NCBI RefSeq assembly: GCF_009914755.1
Contig: NC_060925.1
Length of the DNA stretch: 64,000 nucleotides
Strand: one strand, 5' to 3'
From: the human T2T-CHM13v2.0 reference genome, Homo sapiens
Made by a program: the position numbers and the translations under genes. A model generated the notes under the pieces. That model was not told where the DNA came from. It saw only the letters and a program-made list of their open reading frames with translations, and ran no database searches. Below are positions 35,250-60,239 of this stretch, piece after piece. Every line of letters begins with the position of its first letter. Within the stretch, counting starts at the first letter, position 1.

Positions 35250-38200
35250 ATAAGGCAAGACAAGGAAATCACAGGCATACACTGGGAAGGTGGAATAGAT
35301 GAACTTTGCCCTATTCTTCCTGCTCATTACATCTAAAAACCTTGGGCATTGTACATACAACAAACATAGGAAGACTGAAGGGCAAAGAGAAGGTAGGAGG
35401 CCATCTGGCTTCCTCAAGACCCACAGAAAGCCAGGAGATGAGTTCCCAGGATTCCTCCATGCCCCCGCATACATCCTAGATGTAGAGCCAAAGGAGATGG
35501 CAGCCCAGAAATACCAATGGCTACAGATCCAGCAAACCCCAATACAATCTTGCTCTCTCTAGGCAAAGGATCAGCAAAGGGGCAGTCTAGCAAGACAAGA
35601 CACATATACGATCATCAGTTTCCTCAGGTCAAGCACCGTGGAAGAAAAGCTGTGGCTGCATCAACATAAAAGCTAGCAAAATCCCAGTGAGGGGCTTCGG
35701 GTTTCACGCTTGCGCAGGTATAATGACATATGCTAAACCCCCACCTTGCCCCGGGGGTTCTTTAGGTTCCAGCATTTTATTTATCATGAGACACACAATG
35801 ACTAAAATGCTGGAAACTAAAGACAGAGAAAATACCTCAAAAGCAACAGAGAAAGACGACATCTTACCTAGAGGGGAAAAACAATTTCAATGACAGATGT
35901 TAGAGGAGGAAGCTGGGGCTGTCATCATCATCCCTGCCAGGTGATAATATGTTTACCTCCCTGTCAATAGAAACTACATTTGGAGCCTAGACTTCATTAG
36001 ATGGTCATGAGGCACCTCTCCCTCTGTCTGCTAGGCTGGTATCAGAGGAGTCCTGGTGGAGAGTCAGGACTTTCATCCACCCAGCAGTAATAAGGCTGCC
36101 CTTGTCCTGTGGTGTCACTGGAGGCCACGTGGAAAGCAGTAATGAAGCACTCCTACCCACCCAGCCAGGGACGTAGCAGTGGAGGAGGAGTGGGCTGCTG
36201 GAACTCCCTCTCCTACCTTAGCAGCTCCTCCACTCAGGGTGTCAACAGAGGTCAGTCAGATGAGAAACCTGGATTTTTACACACACCTGGCTACAATGAG
36301 ATGGCACCACTCTTCTTCCCCTGCAGAAACAGACTCAAAAAAAGGTAGTTAAAACAGAAGGTTTCAATAAAATCGAAACTCTGATAACATAACACCCAAA
36401 AGTCCAAGTTTCAATTGAAAATCATTCATCATACCAAGAACTAGGAAAATCTCATACTGAATGAAAATAGACAGCAAATACACGCTGGCAATGAGATGAG
36501 AGAGGTGTTGGGATTGTCAAAGAGTTTAAAGCAGGCAAGCCTGATGAAATGATTTAATGAGTACTTATAAGAACACTTGAAACAAATGGACAAGTAGAAA
36601 GACTCAGCAAATAAATACAAGACATAAATAAGAACCAAATGGAAGTATTAGAAGTGAAAAATGCAACTAAAATAAAAAGTCCAGCAGATAGGCTCAGCAG
36701 CAGAATGGATGGTGTGAAGCAAACAAATCCATATACTGCAGATGAGAAAAACAGAAATTACAGAATCCTAACAGGGAGAAAACAGACTGGGGGGGAAAGT
36801 GAACAGAACCTCAGGGACCTGTGAAACTACCTCAAAAGTTCTCACTTTCATGTTGTTATCAGTGTCTGGAAGGGGAAGAGGAAGAAGACAAGGCTGAAAA
36901 CATACTCAAAGAAGTAAATGGCCGAAAGCTTCCCAGAGTTGGCAAAAGACATAAACCTACAGGCTCAATAAGCTGTGAGAACCCTAAATAGGATAAAACC
37001 CAAAGAGGTCTATGGCAAGACACGTGACAAAATAAAATGTTGGAAAAGAAAGACAAGGAAAATATCCGGAAAACAACAGAGAAAGGTGACACCTTACCTA
37101 GAAAGGAAAAACAATTCCGGTGATGATGGATTTCTCATCAGAAACCATGGAGGCAGAAAGAAGTTGTGCAGTGCTTTTCAAGCCATGAAAGAAAATAATT
37201 GTCAGCCCAGACTCCTCTGTCCAACAGAAACATCTTTCAGGAATTAAGGGGAAGATCAAAACAGTTTCAGATTAAGAAAAGCTAAGGGAATCTCTGACCA
37301 GCAGTTCTGCCTTAAAAGAAAGGCTAAAGGGAGTTCTCTAGACAGAAAGGAAATGATTAAAGAAGGAAACTTGGGATGTCAGAAAGAAAATTTTAAAAAA
37401 CAGTGAGCAAAATAGGCCTTCTTTCTCCTCTTGTGTTTTCTAAACTATGCTTGATGGTTTCAGAAAAAAAATCATAGAACCATTCGATGTGGTTCTAACT
37501 CTACATACAGAAAATGTTGGAAACAATTATAAACTGGAAGGGTAAAGAGACCTATATAGAAGGTTGCTCGTCTATCGTTCACTCAACTGGTGAAACAATG
37601 ACACCAGTATACCGTGTGGTCAGATATAGATGCACAGACATATAAATATATATATATATATATACCTGGAAAAACCAAGAGGGCTATACAAACACATATA
37701 CTAAAAAATACTATGGATAAGGCAAAACACCATTCTCAAAGATGTTCAAGTCACCACAGCAGGTAAGAAAAATAAAGCATATCCAGAAAATGAAACCAGA
37801 GAGAACAAACAGAAAAGGAAAAATAAAATGGCAGACTTAAGCCCTACCATATCAATCATCACATTAAATATCAATGGGCTAAGTACACCAATTACAAGAC
37901 AGAGATTGGCAGAGTAGGTTAATGGACATGACCCAACTACATCCTGGCTACAAAGAGACTACCTTCAAATATGACAATACAGGCAAGTTGAAATCAAAAG
38001 GATGGAAAAAGATATATCATGCAAACATTAGCTAAAGGAAAGGAAGACTGGCTATATTAATGCCAGATATAGTATATTTCAGAACAAAGAAACTAATCAG
38101 AGAGAGAAAGGGAAGTTATAAAATGATGAAAGGACCAATCCACCAACCCCTCCCCTGACAAAAGTCATAAATATCTATGCAACAACAACCTTAAATACTG

Positions 38201-38255
38201 AACAGATAGCTAGACTAATCCACAAATATAGCTGTACGCTTCCATGTCCCCCCTG
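35250..38255 (+). mobile_element. Old L1M 5' region/ORF1/ORF2 start
   Basis: ORF1-like peptides (36639..36824 EQNLRDL; 36975..37247 KENNCQPRLLCP); ORF2 start atcacattaaatatcaatgggctaagtacaccaatt. Boundaries approximate. Confidence 0.8.
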
Positions 38256-38260
38256 TCTCT

Positions 38261-44932
<6,672 letters not shown>

Positions 44933-45377
44933 CTGAAAGGAGAAGGGGCTTCAGTAGGAATGCTCTCAGTTTTCCCTTTGTTAATCATGCCCAGAACACC
45001 CATCTCTGACATCTCCGCCTCTGAGGTAAGCCACCCAGTGGCCCAGGCCACAAAGACAGACATCATGTAAATGGGGTGATGTCACCTTCCTGTCTGTGCC
45101 TGGGGATGCTGAGATGGAAGGTACCCAGGCTGGATGACCCTGAAGTGAAAAACCCCCACTTCAGCCCAGAGGGCTTTGGATTGGCTAACAAGGCCATGCC
45201 AAATATTCTGTTATTATTAATCTCCATCCTGCAGCCTAGAAAGAATGTTCTGGAGAACCTTCAGAGCATAGGAAATGCTATTTTTCTCAACACACAGGAG
45301 TATAAGAACAGGGGAGGACTTAGAGCCTCCAGGCTTTGGGAAGGAACCATAGAAAAGGGTTTTGGGACACTGTAGAC

Positions 45378-45738
45378 CAGCAGTCTCCAAACTTTTTTGC
45401 CTCGGGGACTGGTTTCGTGGAAGACAATTTTTCCTTGGACCAGGGGTGGGGGACGTGAAAAGAGGGAAGGATCATTTCGGAATGAAACTGTTCTACCTCA
45501 GATCATCAGGCATTAATTAGATTCTCGTAAGGAGCGCGCAACCTAGATCCCGTTCATGCACAGTTCACAATAGGGTTTGTGCTTCTATGAGAATCTAATG
45601 CCACCGCTGATCTGACAGGAGGCGGGGCTCAGGCTGGAATGCTCGCTTGCGGGCCACTCATATCCTGCTGTGCGGCCTGGTGCCTAACAGGCCCAGGACA
45701 GGTAGCTGACCACAGCCCCCGGGGCTTGGGGCCCCCTG
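45378..45738. mobile_element. MER1B-like hAT-Charlie DNA element
   Basis: cagcagtctccaaac...ggactggtttcgtggaagacaatttttcc...gatctgacaggaggcggggctcagg...ttggggccccctg. Confidence 0.85.
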
Positions 45739-46106
45739 CAAGAAACCAAATACTACATGAGGCGAACTTTTAAGAGTTCTGGAACATTTTGAATTTCCGT
45801 TGCCTATAATGGTTTTACCACCAACCCACACATATACATCTTGTTGCCACATAGTGGGTTTCCGCAGCCATACGCAATGTTGTAAAGGGACCAGTCCCTT
45901 CACGGACACTTAGGGGCCACAGGTATTACAGATCAGTATGTGTGGTTCTGTAGGGAGGCAACACCGAGCACAATCCTCATCTTACCCACTCCTCCAGTGG
46001 GGTCCGGGCAGCACCCCCTCATAAAAATTATTGCTGTTTCCACAGGAAGAGGAAATCACATTCTCAGAAAGTGGACAAAATGCATTATGATTTGCAGTGG
46101 TTTTCG

Positions 46107-48700
<2,594 letters not shown>

Positions 48701-49992
48701 GAAACAAATGCTTTTTGGATTCAGGTTTGATCGGCCAGTGGCAATATCTTTGGAAACTTGCGTATTTACCAGGTATGAAGAGTCTTTCTCATTTCAATTG
48801 GAGCTTTATCACCAGCCCAAGGGAGAGGAATGTCCTAACGCATATCAAGTTCTGAGGTTGGGAAGAGTTTGTCCTTTGTAGACAAATGCATGTGAAATGT
48901 TCTGTATGTTCACCAATAAGTTTTCCTTAAGATTACTCATGCAGTTATAAGGCTGCCCATCTGCACTTGTGTTTAGCTGCAATACTATAGTTGTAAAATT
49001 TAGAAGCCAATGTTCTCCCTTAGTTTAAAATTTAATATTCAAGAATCTATTCCAACATTATGTAGTGCCAAAAACTTTGGGATGATATGCAATGATATGT
49101 CCAGCAAGTATGAGTTTGTACCTGATCCTTATTAATCTTCCTTCTGATGTGATCTATTATAAAATGAGACCTTTAAGAGCTTTAAAATAATTAATAATGG
49201 CATGCTGAGGAGGTTAGTTTGTGGGATATTCAGTAGCCGTAGGAAACAGTAGTTCCTACTCTGTATCTCAAGTGGGAGTCCACTCTTCAGTATGTCAGCT
49301 TCAAGACCCTGATCTGCAGTGGAATTTGCAGCCCCCTGCTGTGTCAGCTTCATTACTTCAAGGGAGGGTGAATGCCTTCAGTTCTTTAGGTCACAATTGA
49401 CACATGTAGCACATTTTGGTACCTCTTCAGTTACTGACCTTTATGCCCACTCATGTCAGGCTTGCTCACCTGAGTGATTCACAAGATCACATTCCCAATG
49501 CATCAGATCACAGTGTCACAAAAAAAAAAAGCATTTATTTTTCGTTATGTATCTCTCCTGAATTTCAACCTTGATAGGCTAACATGGCTCACAAACAGCT
49601 TTAAATTTGGTTTCTCAAATGTCTGTCTAATGGTTTACAAAAGTCCAGTTACTCAAATGAATTTATCTTACAGTCCGGTTTTCTATTGTTCCATGCTGTG
49701 CCTCAGTGACATAAACCAAGAGTCAGTATATAAAAAAGATTTATTCCCACTGGTTTATAACCAACCAATAACTAGTATGCCTGTTATATATAGTTCTGTG
49801 CATTGGGTTGCCAGTCTCCTTCCTTCTTTTGCCTGATTTTTGTTGGAAGTGGAGATGATGTAATGTTATGGGTCACTTCTATTAGTGTCCCTGGACTACA
49901 GTTCTACCATCTATTTTTTAAGCTATTTTACCTCGTTATTATAAGATCTGCATATTTGTGAGCATCATTTATGTTATTAATAGTTAACATCT

Positions 49993-50150
49993 GGGGGGGT
50001 GGGGGAGGGATAGCATTAGGAAATATACCTAATGTTAAATGATGAGTTAATGGGTGCAGCGCACCAACATGGCACAGGTATACATATGTAACAAACCTGC
50101 ACGTTGTGCACATGTACCCTAAAACTTAAAGTATAATAATAAAAAAAAAA
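49993..50150 (+). mobile_element. 5'-truncated L1PA 3' end
   Basis: gggggagggatagcattagg...cacatgtaccctaaaacttaaagtataata plus poly(A); TSD agttaacatct. Confidence 0.95.
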
Positions 50151-51529
50151 GTTAACATCTATGGTAGTCACTTCTTTGGTTATGTCAGAGACTAAAATCT
50201 GAAAATCAGAAATTCATTCTTTATTTCAGGTGTGTGCATGCTGTTGTGTTGATCCCTCTCCCCTCCCAGAAAAGTCATTGTAGGCCCAAGTCGATGAAGG
50301 GACAGACTGTGAAAGAACAGATGCAGAGCATGGACTAAGTATGCAGTGCCCACTGAATCAAAAACTTTGCTGAAGTTGCTTTTCTGCGATTGTCTAACAT
50401 TCCTCTGAGTCACCTTATCTGCTGCTTAAAAGCCCCAAAGCATTTTCTTAACTGTCTTGTGGCCATTGTTATAAACTCTGCTCTGCTCTTCCTGTGTCAA
50501 CTACCACACAGTCTGTTTCATTGCATGGCCCTAAAGGCAGAGCCATTTTTCCAACTTTAAGTGCACTAAGGGTATCCTGTTTCTACAAAACCAGTGGATG
50601 TTAGTGGTTCTCTTAGGGATTTTTTTTTCTTTTTTGTCATATAAGGCCATAATTGGAGTAATGTGAAAAATATTTTTTCCTCCAGAAGTTATTAGATGCT
50701 GCTATATCCAATATTTGTTCTATCAGTACACTATAATGTATCCCAGCTATGCATTTTATATTTCCTAAAACTTCACTTCTGAGAAGGCCCTTCATGTGTT
50801 TTTAAAAATTCATGGCCCACCCAGCAGCATTACTAAGTCTTTTGGAGTCTAGCCTCATGGTCTTTCTGTTGATTTTCCTGCTGTCAACATATAATCTGTG
50901 AAATGAAACAAAGGGAGGGGATCCAGGCCAAGACTTGGCGACATTCACTTATGACAGTCAGTAGTCAGACACTATGTGCAGAGATCCTCCAGATCCTGTT
51001 TGACCAGCATCTTTGGGAGGTTAAGAGCCCAGCCCTGTCAGAACCACTACTCATTATCATCGACCCTTTCACCAGAATGCACCTGTGGGTGTCGGCTACT
51101 GATTTTCTCACCTGCAGGCAACTCAGGCTGAGCTGAGAGCAGAAATCTTAAGCTCTTGTCACTAAGGACTCTTCTGTGCTTCCTCTGTATCACCCGCCGT
51201 AACTAGCATAATGCTTTACCCACAGGGGCTCAAGAGATGCATTTGTTGAGCTCAACAAATTGAGAATCCAAGTTGTCTTGATAAGCAGAGATGTTATGGT
51301 GTAGAGAATTGGATAGGGTAAGCAGAGGAACAAAACAGGTTGTCATTTTGTTGTTGTTGTTGTTGTTTCTAAGAGTACAAAAATTGTGACTGGCAACTGC
51401 TGGGGAATCCTAAGGCAGGACTTTAGTCCCTAACCCCCCTACATTCTCACTACATTCATGGAAGCTGCTTTACTCCTTTCCACCTTAGGTATTTCATCTA
51501 TAATTAGAGGATAAAACACACAACTTCTA

Positions 51530-51930
<401 letters not shown>

Positions 51931-53484
51931 ATATATATATATATATTACCAGACAGAAGATAGATAATCTGTGATTACTATGTCAAGGACAATTTTAGAA
52001 TACTTGTTAAATTCACCCCTTTCTTTTCACAGCTGGCCAGGACATAGTCAGTAGCTACTGATACCTTGAATACCTTGGCTGTGTTAACTGTTTTGACCCA
52101 TCATGGAGCCAAGATGTTGGTTGTACCTTGAGATGCTGATCTGGCTGAAGTCCAGGGTCACGGGCCCAGGATAGGTCATTCAGCTATTTGAAAAAAACAG
52201 AAGAGAGACCAGGCCATCCACTGAGGTCATCTCCATGCAGCATGGGCCACTGGTTCCAGTGAACCCACCATCACCATACTTCTCAGGAATCGCTGGTCAC
52301 TAGACTGAGAGTTCTGTCAAAGCTGAGATCATATCTTGCTAATCTCTGTGTTCATGGTTCCCAGCTCAGGGTCTAGCACTGAGGGAGTTCTCAGGAGAGT
52401 GTTCATCAATTATTGAATAAAAGCGATTGCAAACCTCCTCTCACCTGCATTCCTGTCCCAAATATCCTGTCAGGGATGCTGAGATTTCTCCCAGGATGCA
52501 GCAAATCCCTTTCCTTAGACTGGCCCTTGCCTTACACCATTCATGCCCCAGGATCCCTCTCTGTGGGACATTGGAGGAAAATGAGTCTGTTCTGAAGAAG
52601 TCCTCTTATGGTTCCCCCTGTCATTAGGAGCAATGTCTTCACCTAAACTCCCACTCTATGGGTTGCCACAGCACCCCAATGTGGGGGAACTTTCATATTT
52701 TCTTAAAAAGCTATATTTCTGTTCTTTCTCTCATGGGCTTGAGTTCCTTTGGGGAGACATTAATATCTGAATCCCAAGTGTTTAACACAGCGTAAAGAAA
52801 ATTAAACACCAATAAATATTTATGAGATATCATTTGGAAACCTCCTTCAACTGTAAGTACAGAAGAATATTATAAGTATCACTGCTTTGTATACTAGCAA
52901 GGGACACTTACTCTAGCACCTGACCTAGGGCAGAGCTTTTTAACATAAGAATGGATGTCTCCAACCCTTCTCCCAGCATGGTTATTCCCTCTAACCCACA
53001 CTGACCTGAAGAGCATCCACTGCTACGGCAGCCCCAAGGTCAAGCCTCCTGGGTCTGGGGCGGGGCTCATGGTCACATCTTCCCCCTCTTGGAGTTGCTG
53101 CTGCCCCTCACTATAAACCAGATGTCATCCAGCCTGTGGCTCTCCCTGGCCAGGGGCAGGAGACTCCTGTGGAGTAAATTTCTCTCTCAGTCCCCACTGC
53201 TCAGCTCGCGCTGCTCCTTGAGAGTTTGGATGATGACAGGCATTGCCCATTTCCCCTGAGGCTTCTGTCCCAATTTGTCCTTATTCCCCCCTTCTTTGGT
53301 TTTCATTTACCAATGGCTTGTCCTTTGTGAGTTGTTCTCATCCCCTAAACCTGCTGACTTTCTTTCTTTCATCTGTTCCCTCAGTTCTGGGCTTCCAGTG
53401 TGTGGACTCAGCTCAGGCTCCTGCAGGAGACACACAGAGTCAGGTCTCAGCTGCAGGTCCTGGGTGGCATTAAAAACCATCTCA

Positions 53485-54718
<1,234 letters not shown>

Positions 54719-55269
54719 CTATTTTTCAAGGACTTCTAAAACTCTCTTAAATGATGTTTATATTAAGGCTGGTGGTGGAGTCTTTCAGAGGCAGTGTTGG
54801 TGCTAGAAGAGCTCTTGAGGATCATACAGCCTCCCCCCTCAATTTCACAGTGAAAGAAAACCTCAGAGAAGCAAAGCAACTTGCTCAAGGTCACACAGCA
54901 TTTCAGTGGTAGAACATGACTCGTGGTTCTTAGATAGCATTACCCAGCCTCCACTGAGGCTAATGGCTGTAGGCGCTATGCCAACATGACTAGATCTAAG
55001 GCGACGCAAGCAATATTTTAAGGGACTGAACGCAGATTCCCTCTCTTCCCCTTCGCCACCCCTTCCTCCACGCGCGACTCCAGTGATCAATGAATAATTG
55101 TGGAAACAGTTCCTTTGTGCAGAACACTTCGTTAAAAGAGGTGCAGAGATACACGTCTGCGGTAGGATTCCTTATCCTGAGATCTGAGAGCACCTCGATG
55201 CTTCCCCAACCTGCTAGGTGAGGGTGGAAAGGGCATTCCTGAGGCAGCCGGTGCCCCTCCTCTGCCCCC

Positions 55270-55490
55270 CAACTCCCACGTGGTTTCTCCAGCCAAGTTC
55301 TCACGGAGTGGCCCCTCCCTCAGCGGCTCCACTGTTGCCATAGCAATTGGGTGGGTGGACAGCCCGTCCTATCTAGAGGCCACCCAGCCCTCGCGTGGGG
55401 AGTTACCATAACAACCCCCTAGTAATAGAGGGGGTTGGGTACCGCCCCCTTCCCCCGCAAATGGAAAGGTGGGTGGCTTGATTGGCAGCT
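55270..55490. promoter_or_regulatory. Candidate promoter/enhancer with two RFX X-boxes, an E-box and a CCAAT box
   Basis: GTTGCCATAGCAAT 55334-55347; GTTACCATAACAAC 55402-55415; CACGTG 55277-55282; gattgg ~55480; CpG-enriched context. Confidence 0.6.
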
Positions 55491-56576
55491 GGGCACACGA
55501 AAGAAGGAGGGAAAGGGAAGGAAAAAAATAAATAAATAAAAACCATCTCAGTTCCTCAGAGACTCAGAGAAAACACAGTAGGAAGGGACCTCAGAGAGGA
55601 ACAATAAGCCCCTACCTCACTGAGGAGGAAAGTGAAGCCAAGAAAGACTAAGACTCTCCCAGGCTCCCTCACCACATGGTGGCAGCAGATCGACCACAAA
55701 AGCCTTGGCCTCAGCCTCCAGGTCCAAAGCACCTAACTCACCCACCAGGAACTCACTGCTGCGTTTCAGAAAACTTTGGATCAAAAACAGCAATTTCCAC
55801 TGTGAAAACAAATAAAGTAAAAGGGCTTTTCCTTGGACAAACCTTTTATCACGGTTCTGTAGTCCTAGTATTTATACTCAGTCAGTTGTCATTCGCTGGC
55901 TGGTAGATTCAGGCAGGGAGCACATAAAGATTAAGTAATGCTTAACACAAGCCTGCTCTCCCAGCCTGGGATCTCAGCTCCTCCCTTCTTCAGGGAGTTT
56001 CCTCTGCTCTAACTGCTGGAGAGCCTCAGCCCTCATGTGGGTCATTTCTCCATGGTGATACCTATTATTTTCTTCCTCTCTTGGAGATAAGAGAGGGCAG
56101 AGATTGGTTCTGGGTCTCCACAATTCTAGGTTTTCTCCTAAACCAGCCAGCTCAGCTGAAAGCAATCATGACAGAGAGGTCAGGTCAGTGAAGAGGGTCC
56201 CAGGGGAGCAGGGGGTCACAAGGACAGCCCCTCATGGAGATGGTCAGGACCGTGACGTGGGCAACATTTGACCAATTCTGCTGGGGATGATGTGCCAAGG
56301 ATTAAGGGGAGGATGCTGCCATAAGGAGAAAGGGGAAGAACCAAGGGAGTAGGAGAGGAAGGAAAATAAAATGATTGCCATAAAGATAGAAAGAAATGCA
56401 GACTCCAGAGGCAAAGCCCCATGTCACAGAAGGTTAGTTCCAGGTTGTGGATCCTAACCACGCAATTCCTGCTGGACTTTGCTCAGCCCCATTTCAAAAA
56501 GGTTTTGGATCAGTGACTTCTTTGTTACTTCCACTTTCCCCGTTTGTGAACAAGAATCACTAGAATTGTTTTTCTA

Positions 56577-56736
56577 GGAGGGGGGAGGGATAGCATTAGG
56601 AGATACACCTAATGCTAAATGATGAGTTAATGGGTGCAGCACACCAGCATGGCACATGTATACATATGTAGCTAACCTGCACATTGTGCACATGTACCCT
56701 AAAACTTAAAGTATAATAAAAAAATTTAAAAAAAAA
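56577..56736 (+). mobile_element. 5'-truncated young L1PA (PA2/PA3-like) 3' end
   Basis: L1 3'UTR plus poly(A); 15-bp TSD agaat(t/c)gtttttcta at 56562-56576 and 56737-56751. Confidence 0.95.
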
Positions 56737-56759
56737 AGAATCGTTTTTCTATGTCTGTC

Positions 56760-57513
56760 CCACCATTGCACACTGAGGGCAGATAAGCTGTTTGTTCAGT
56801 TTCACAGGTTGATAGAGGGAAGGGAATTATGTCAAGGACACCCTCAGAAGCCTCATTCATACTTGGTGTGGATGATTAAGATAAGATTTTAAATTTTTGA
56901 TCTGGTGTGGTCTACATACCATTTTTCACTTTGAACTAACGCTTTAATGACATGAAATTTGGAAACCTTAGGGGAGAGGGTGAATGTATTTTGCAGATGG
57001 GGGAATGTGAGTGTCCAACTGCGGTAGATGGAATTTCTGAAATGGTCCCCAAACATGCCACACCCTTGTCTCTAAAGCCTGTTAAGGTGCTGAGACATCA
57101 TTCTGGTGATTATGTTGTTATAAGCCAGTTATACGACTTTAAGATGGTGAGGTTACCTGTGTAAACTGGATCTAATCACACCACTGCATACATGCCAGTG
57201 GTTTCTCTAGCTGTCAGAAGAAGGTAACGTCAGGAAGAATGGGAGCTTGAGAAGGACTCCATGAGCTGTTATTGGGACAGCCAGCACAGAAAAAGAAAAC
57301 CCAGTCTTTCAACTCCCACAAAATGAATTCCTCCTACACCTGAAGTGAACTTGGAGAAGTAGCCTGAGCTCCACATAATTACATAGCCAGACACACCTGG
57401 ATTCAGCTTCCTAAAACCCTTATCAGAGAACCCAGCCTCTGTTCCAGACTTCTGTGGTTTCAATCCACTAGTTTGTTGCATGTGTTAATAGGCAGCAATA
57501 GAAAACTAGTACA
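56760..57513 (+). mobile_element. MaLR internal 3' end plus MLT1-type LTR (57020-57513)
   Basis: gggagagggtgaatgtattttgcagatgg polypurine end, then LTR ending ggcagcaatagaaaactagtaca. Confidence 0.75.
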
Positions 57514-58939
57514 GATGCCTATCTCTACTCTTGATTTATTATTTCAGATACATGGAAGCTAATCCCTCTAAGAGAAAAAAATTAAAGAGCAAAGAACTAC
57601 AGCAAAAATCTTGCACTCACGTTCACCTTTATGTCACTATTCTGGAGCCCTTGCAACCTGAAGAAGATAATGAGAGGCATTCCAAGCATGTGAGGAGTAT
57701 CTCTAATGTTACCAACCAAATTTCTGAAAGAATAAAGATGGTACAATACTAACTCCACATAATCTTATGTGCAAATTCATCATCTATCTCTATTTCTTAT
57801 AGCAGATTTTTTTCTTTTTTAGCTCATTCATTTAGGCTTGCCAGACCAGGTTTGGTAGCAACTATCAGTTATCAGCAAAAATGAAACAATTCACGAAGAG
57901 CAATGAACAGGACTATTATTAAGTTCATCAAAAAAGTCCCTAAAATGCAATATTTCCTCAAATGTCACAAAAGTAAGACAATGATTCACTACAAAAAATC
58001 CCAATCTAAGAAAATTTGAAATTTAATGATGTCGGATTTCCAAATTTTTATTTTGTTGGGGCCCAGTCATGGGCACCAGAGATTAGGAAATGACTGTGCA
58101 GAGGCTTTAGGGTATTTGGGGAAATGACAAAAATATTCTAAAACGTGACTCTGCTGATGGCTGCACAATTCTACAAACCTCCTTAAATGGTTACATCGTA
58201 GATTTAAAATTGGTGAGTTTTATTACAAGTAACTTTTTTTTTTTTTTGAGACAGAGTTTCACTCTGCATTTTCCTCTCACCTGCCCCACACCTCTTCCAA
58301 ATCTGTTCTTTCACTTCCAGGTCGTTGAGTTTTTCCATTTAAAAATATAAAAGATACAGAAAGAAGAAGATAACCAGTCATCCATATTCCCATCACCTGG
58401 AATTAAGTACTATTCACATATGTACATATTTTTTCTTCCAAATCATTTTGAAGTTACTCTCTTTTTTTTTAATTATACACGCTTAGCATAGACCATACCA
58501 CCAATACAGAAAAAGTACAGATAGGTAAAATTTCTGATCACCTTAAGTTCAAAATAACTTTTGTTAACATTAGGGCAACACTGATCGAGTCATGTTCTTC
58601 TGGTATATCTACAGAGAGAAGAATGTATATTTTAGCTAGACTGTCCCCCCCGCAATAAATAAAGCTCTCTCTATATATACACACACATATATATGGGAGC
58701 TATATATTATATATACACACATATATATATATATGCTTTTGTAAAATTGAACTTAGACTCTATTTTTATTTTACAAATATTCCATTTAATAGTGCATGAA
58801 TTTAACTGAAGACAAAGAGGCAGAAACAGAAATGAAGGAATTCCTGAACTCTCAATCACATTTAGAGAGACGCTTTTCTAAAGGAATCCTCTAAAGCTAA
58901 ACATTCATTAAATTAAGTAGAATGCATTATGATTTGCTG

Positions 58940-59120
58940 TGTTTTTTTTTTATTTTTTTTGAGACGGAGGTTTTTTTTTTTTTTTTTTTTTTTTTTGGCT
59001 CTGTTGCCCAGGCTGAAGTGCAGTGGCTCGATCTCGTCTCACTGCGACCTCCGCCTCCCATCCGCCTGCCTCAGCCTCCCAAAGTGCTAGGATTACAGGC
59101 GTGAGCCACCGCGTCCAGCC
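58940..59120 (-). mobile_element. Internally deleted antisense Alu with an internal poly-T expansion
   Basis: Right-arm start fused to left-arm end (ccgcctccca|tccgcctgcc); near-TSD tgc(t/a)gtg(g)tttt. Confidence 0.85.
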
Positions 59121-60239
59121 TGCAGTGGTTTTCTTACTACTTTTTACAATCAAATTGATTAAGGCATTGGTTGAATATGGTACAATGCATCCATTTCAAG
59201 TTTGATGACATGTCTACTACTCCAGAAGGTCCTCTTGTGCCCTTTGCAGTCAGTCCCCTCGACTCCCTGACCCCAGCAATTAATGATGTATTTTCTGCCA
59301 CTATACAGGTTAGTTTCACCTGTTCTAGAAATTCACCTTGATGGCACCACATAGAATGCACTCTTTTCATCACTCAGCATGAGGTTTTTGAGATTGGCCC
59401 ATGCTATCTCATGTTTCCATAATTTGTCCCATCTTATTGAGGGTAGTACTCCGTTGGATGAATATATCACAATAGGTCCATTCACCTCTTGATGCATATG
59501 AACCTTTTCCAGTTTGGGGACTATTGTAAACAAAGCTGCTAAGAACAAGTTCTTTTTGTGAATATATGTTTTGTAAATTCCACTTGTCATTCTTTAGTAT
59601 TAACTGATTTTGTAAAATGATGTCACCTTCACAAGTGCAAAATTCATTCAAATGTTACAGAGGCCTGAAGCATAAGTCTACACAATTTCCTTTGTTATAT
59701 TTCATAATTAAGGGGAAAAAACTTTATCTGGGATGTTGTTTCCTATCAGCAAATCCTTAATGTAAGCCATACAGGATGCTAGCTGTACTATTAGACTATC
59801 TTCTGTAATCTGTGCAATAACTCTAAGAAGTACTTCGTATTATTATTTTCCTGTAACACTTTCCAACTTGAAGCCTAGCAAATTGAAGGACCTGGCCCCA
59901 GGTCAAACAGAAGGCAAGCGGCAGCGCCAGGACTGGAAGAAGGCCTTCCCAAAGGCAGACAGAAGCTCACGTCTTTGTCAGAACCTCGGTATTTCTGATG
60001 CGCCTGGAAGCCAATATCCAAGCCGTTCTCAGCCACTGGATTGGTGGGCTGCTTTGCTCAGAAACTCCTCGATCAGGAATCCCAAGCATACGTTAGTGAT
60101 GACGGTCCCAAAACAAGGGACATTTCTTAACCATTCTAAAAACCCGTTTGCTCATCAGTAACGCAATAAGAGTTGCTTTCGGTCTTGGTTCATATATTTT
60201 ATATTTGAGCAAGGCAATGTCCGCTGCTGGGGTTAGAAG

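Noticed and set aside
49325-49345. CTCF-like cacagcagggggctgc on the minus strand
   Set aside because: Partial core match only, and the nearby TGCAG lies on the wrong side; no other support.
57531-57752. + strand ORF with NLS-like PSKRKKLK and ag/gt flanks
   Set aside because: No recognisable homology and a weak donor. The same DNA carries a much cleaner minus-strand micro-exon, whose pyrimidine tracts explain the lysine richness.
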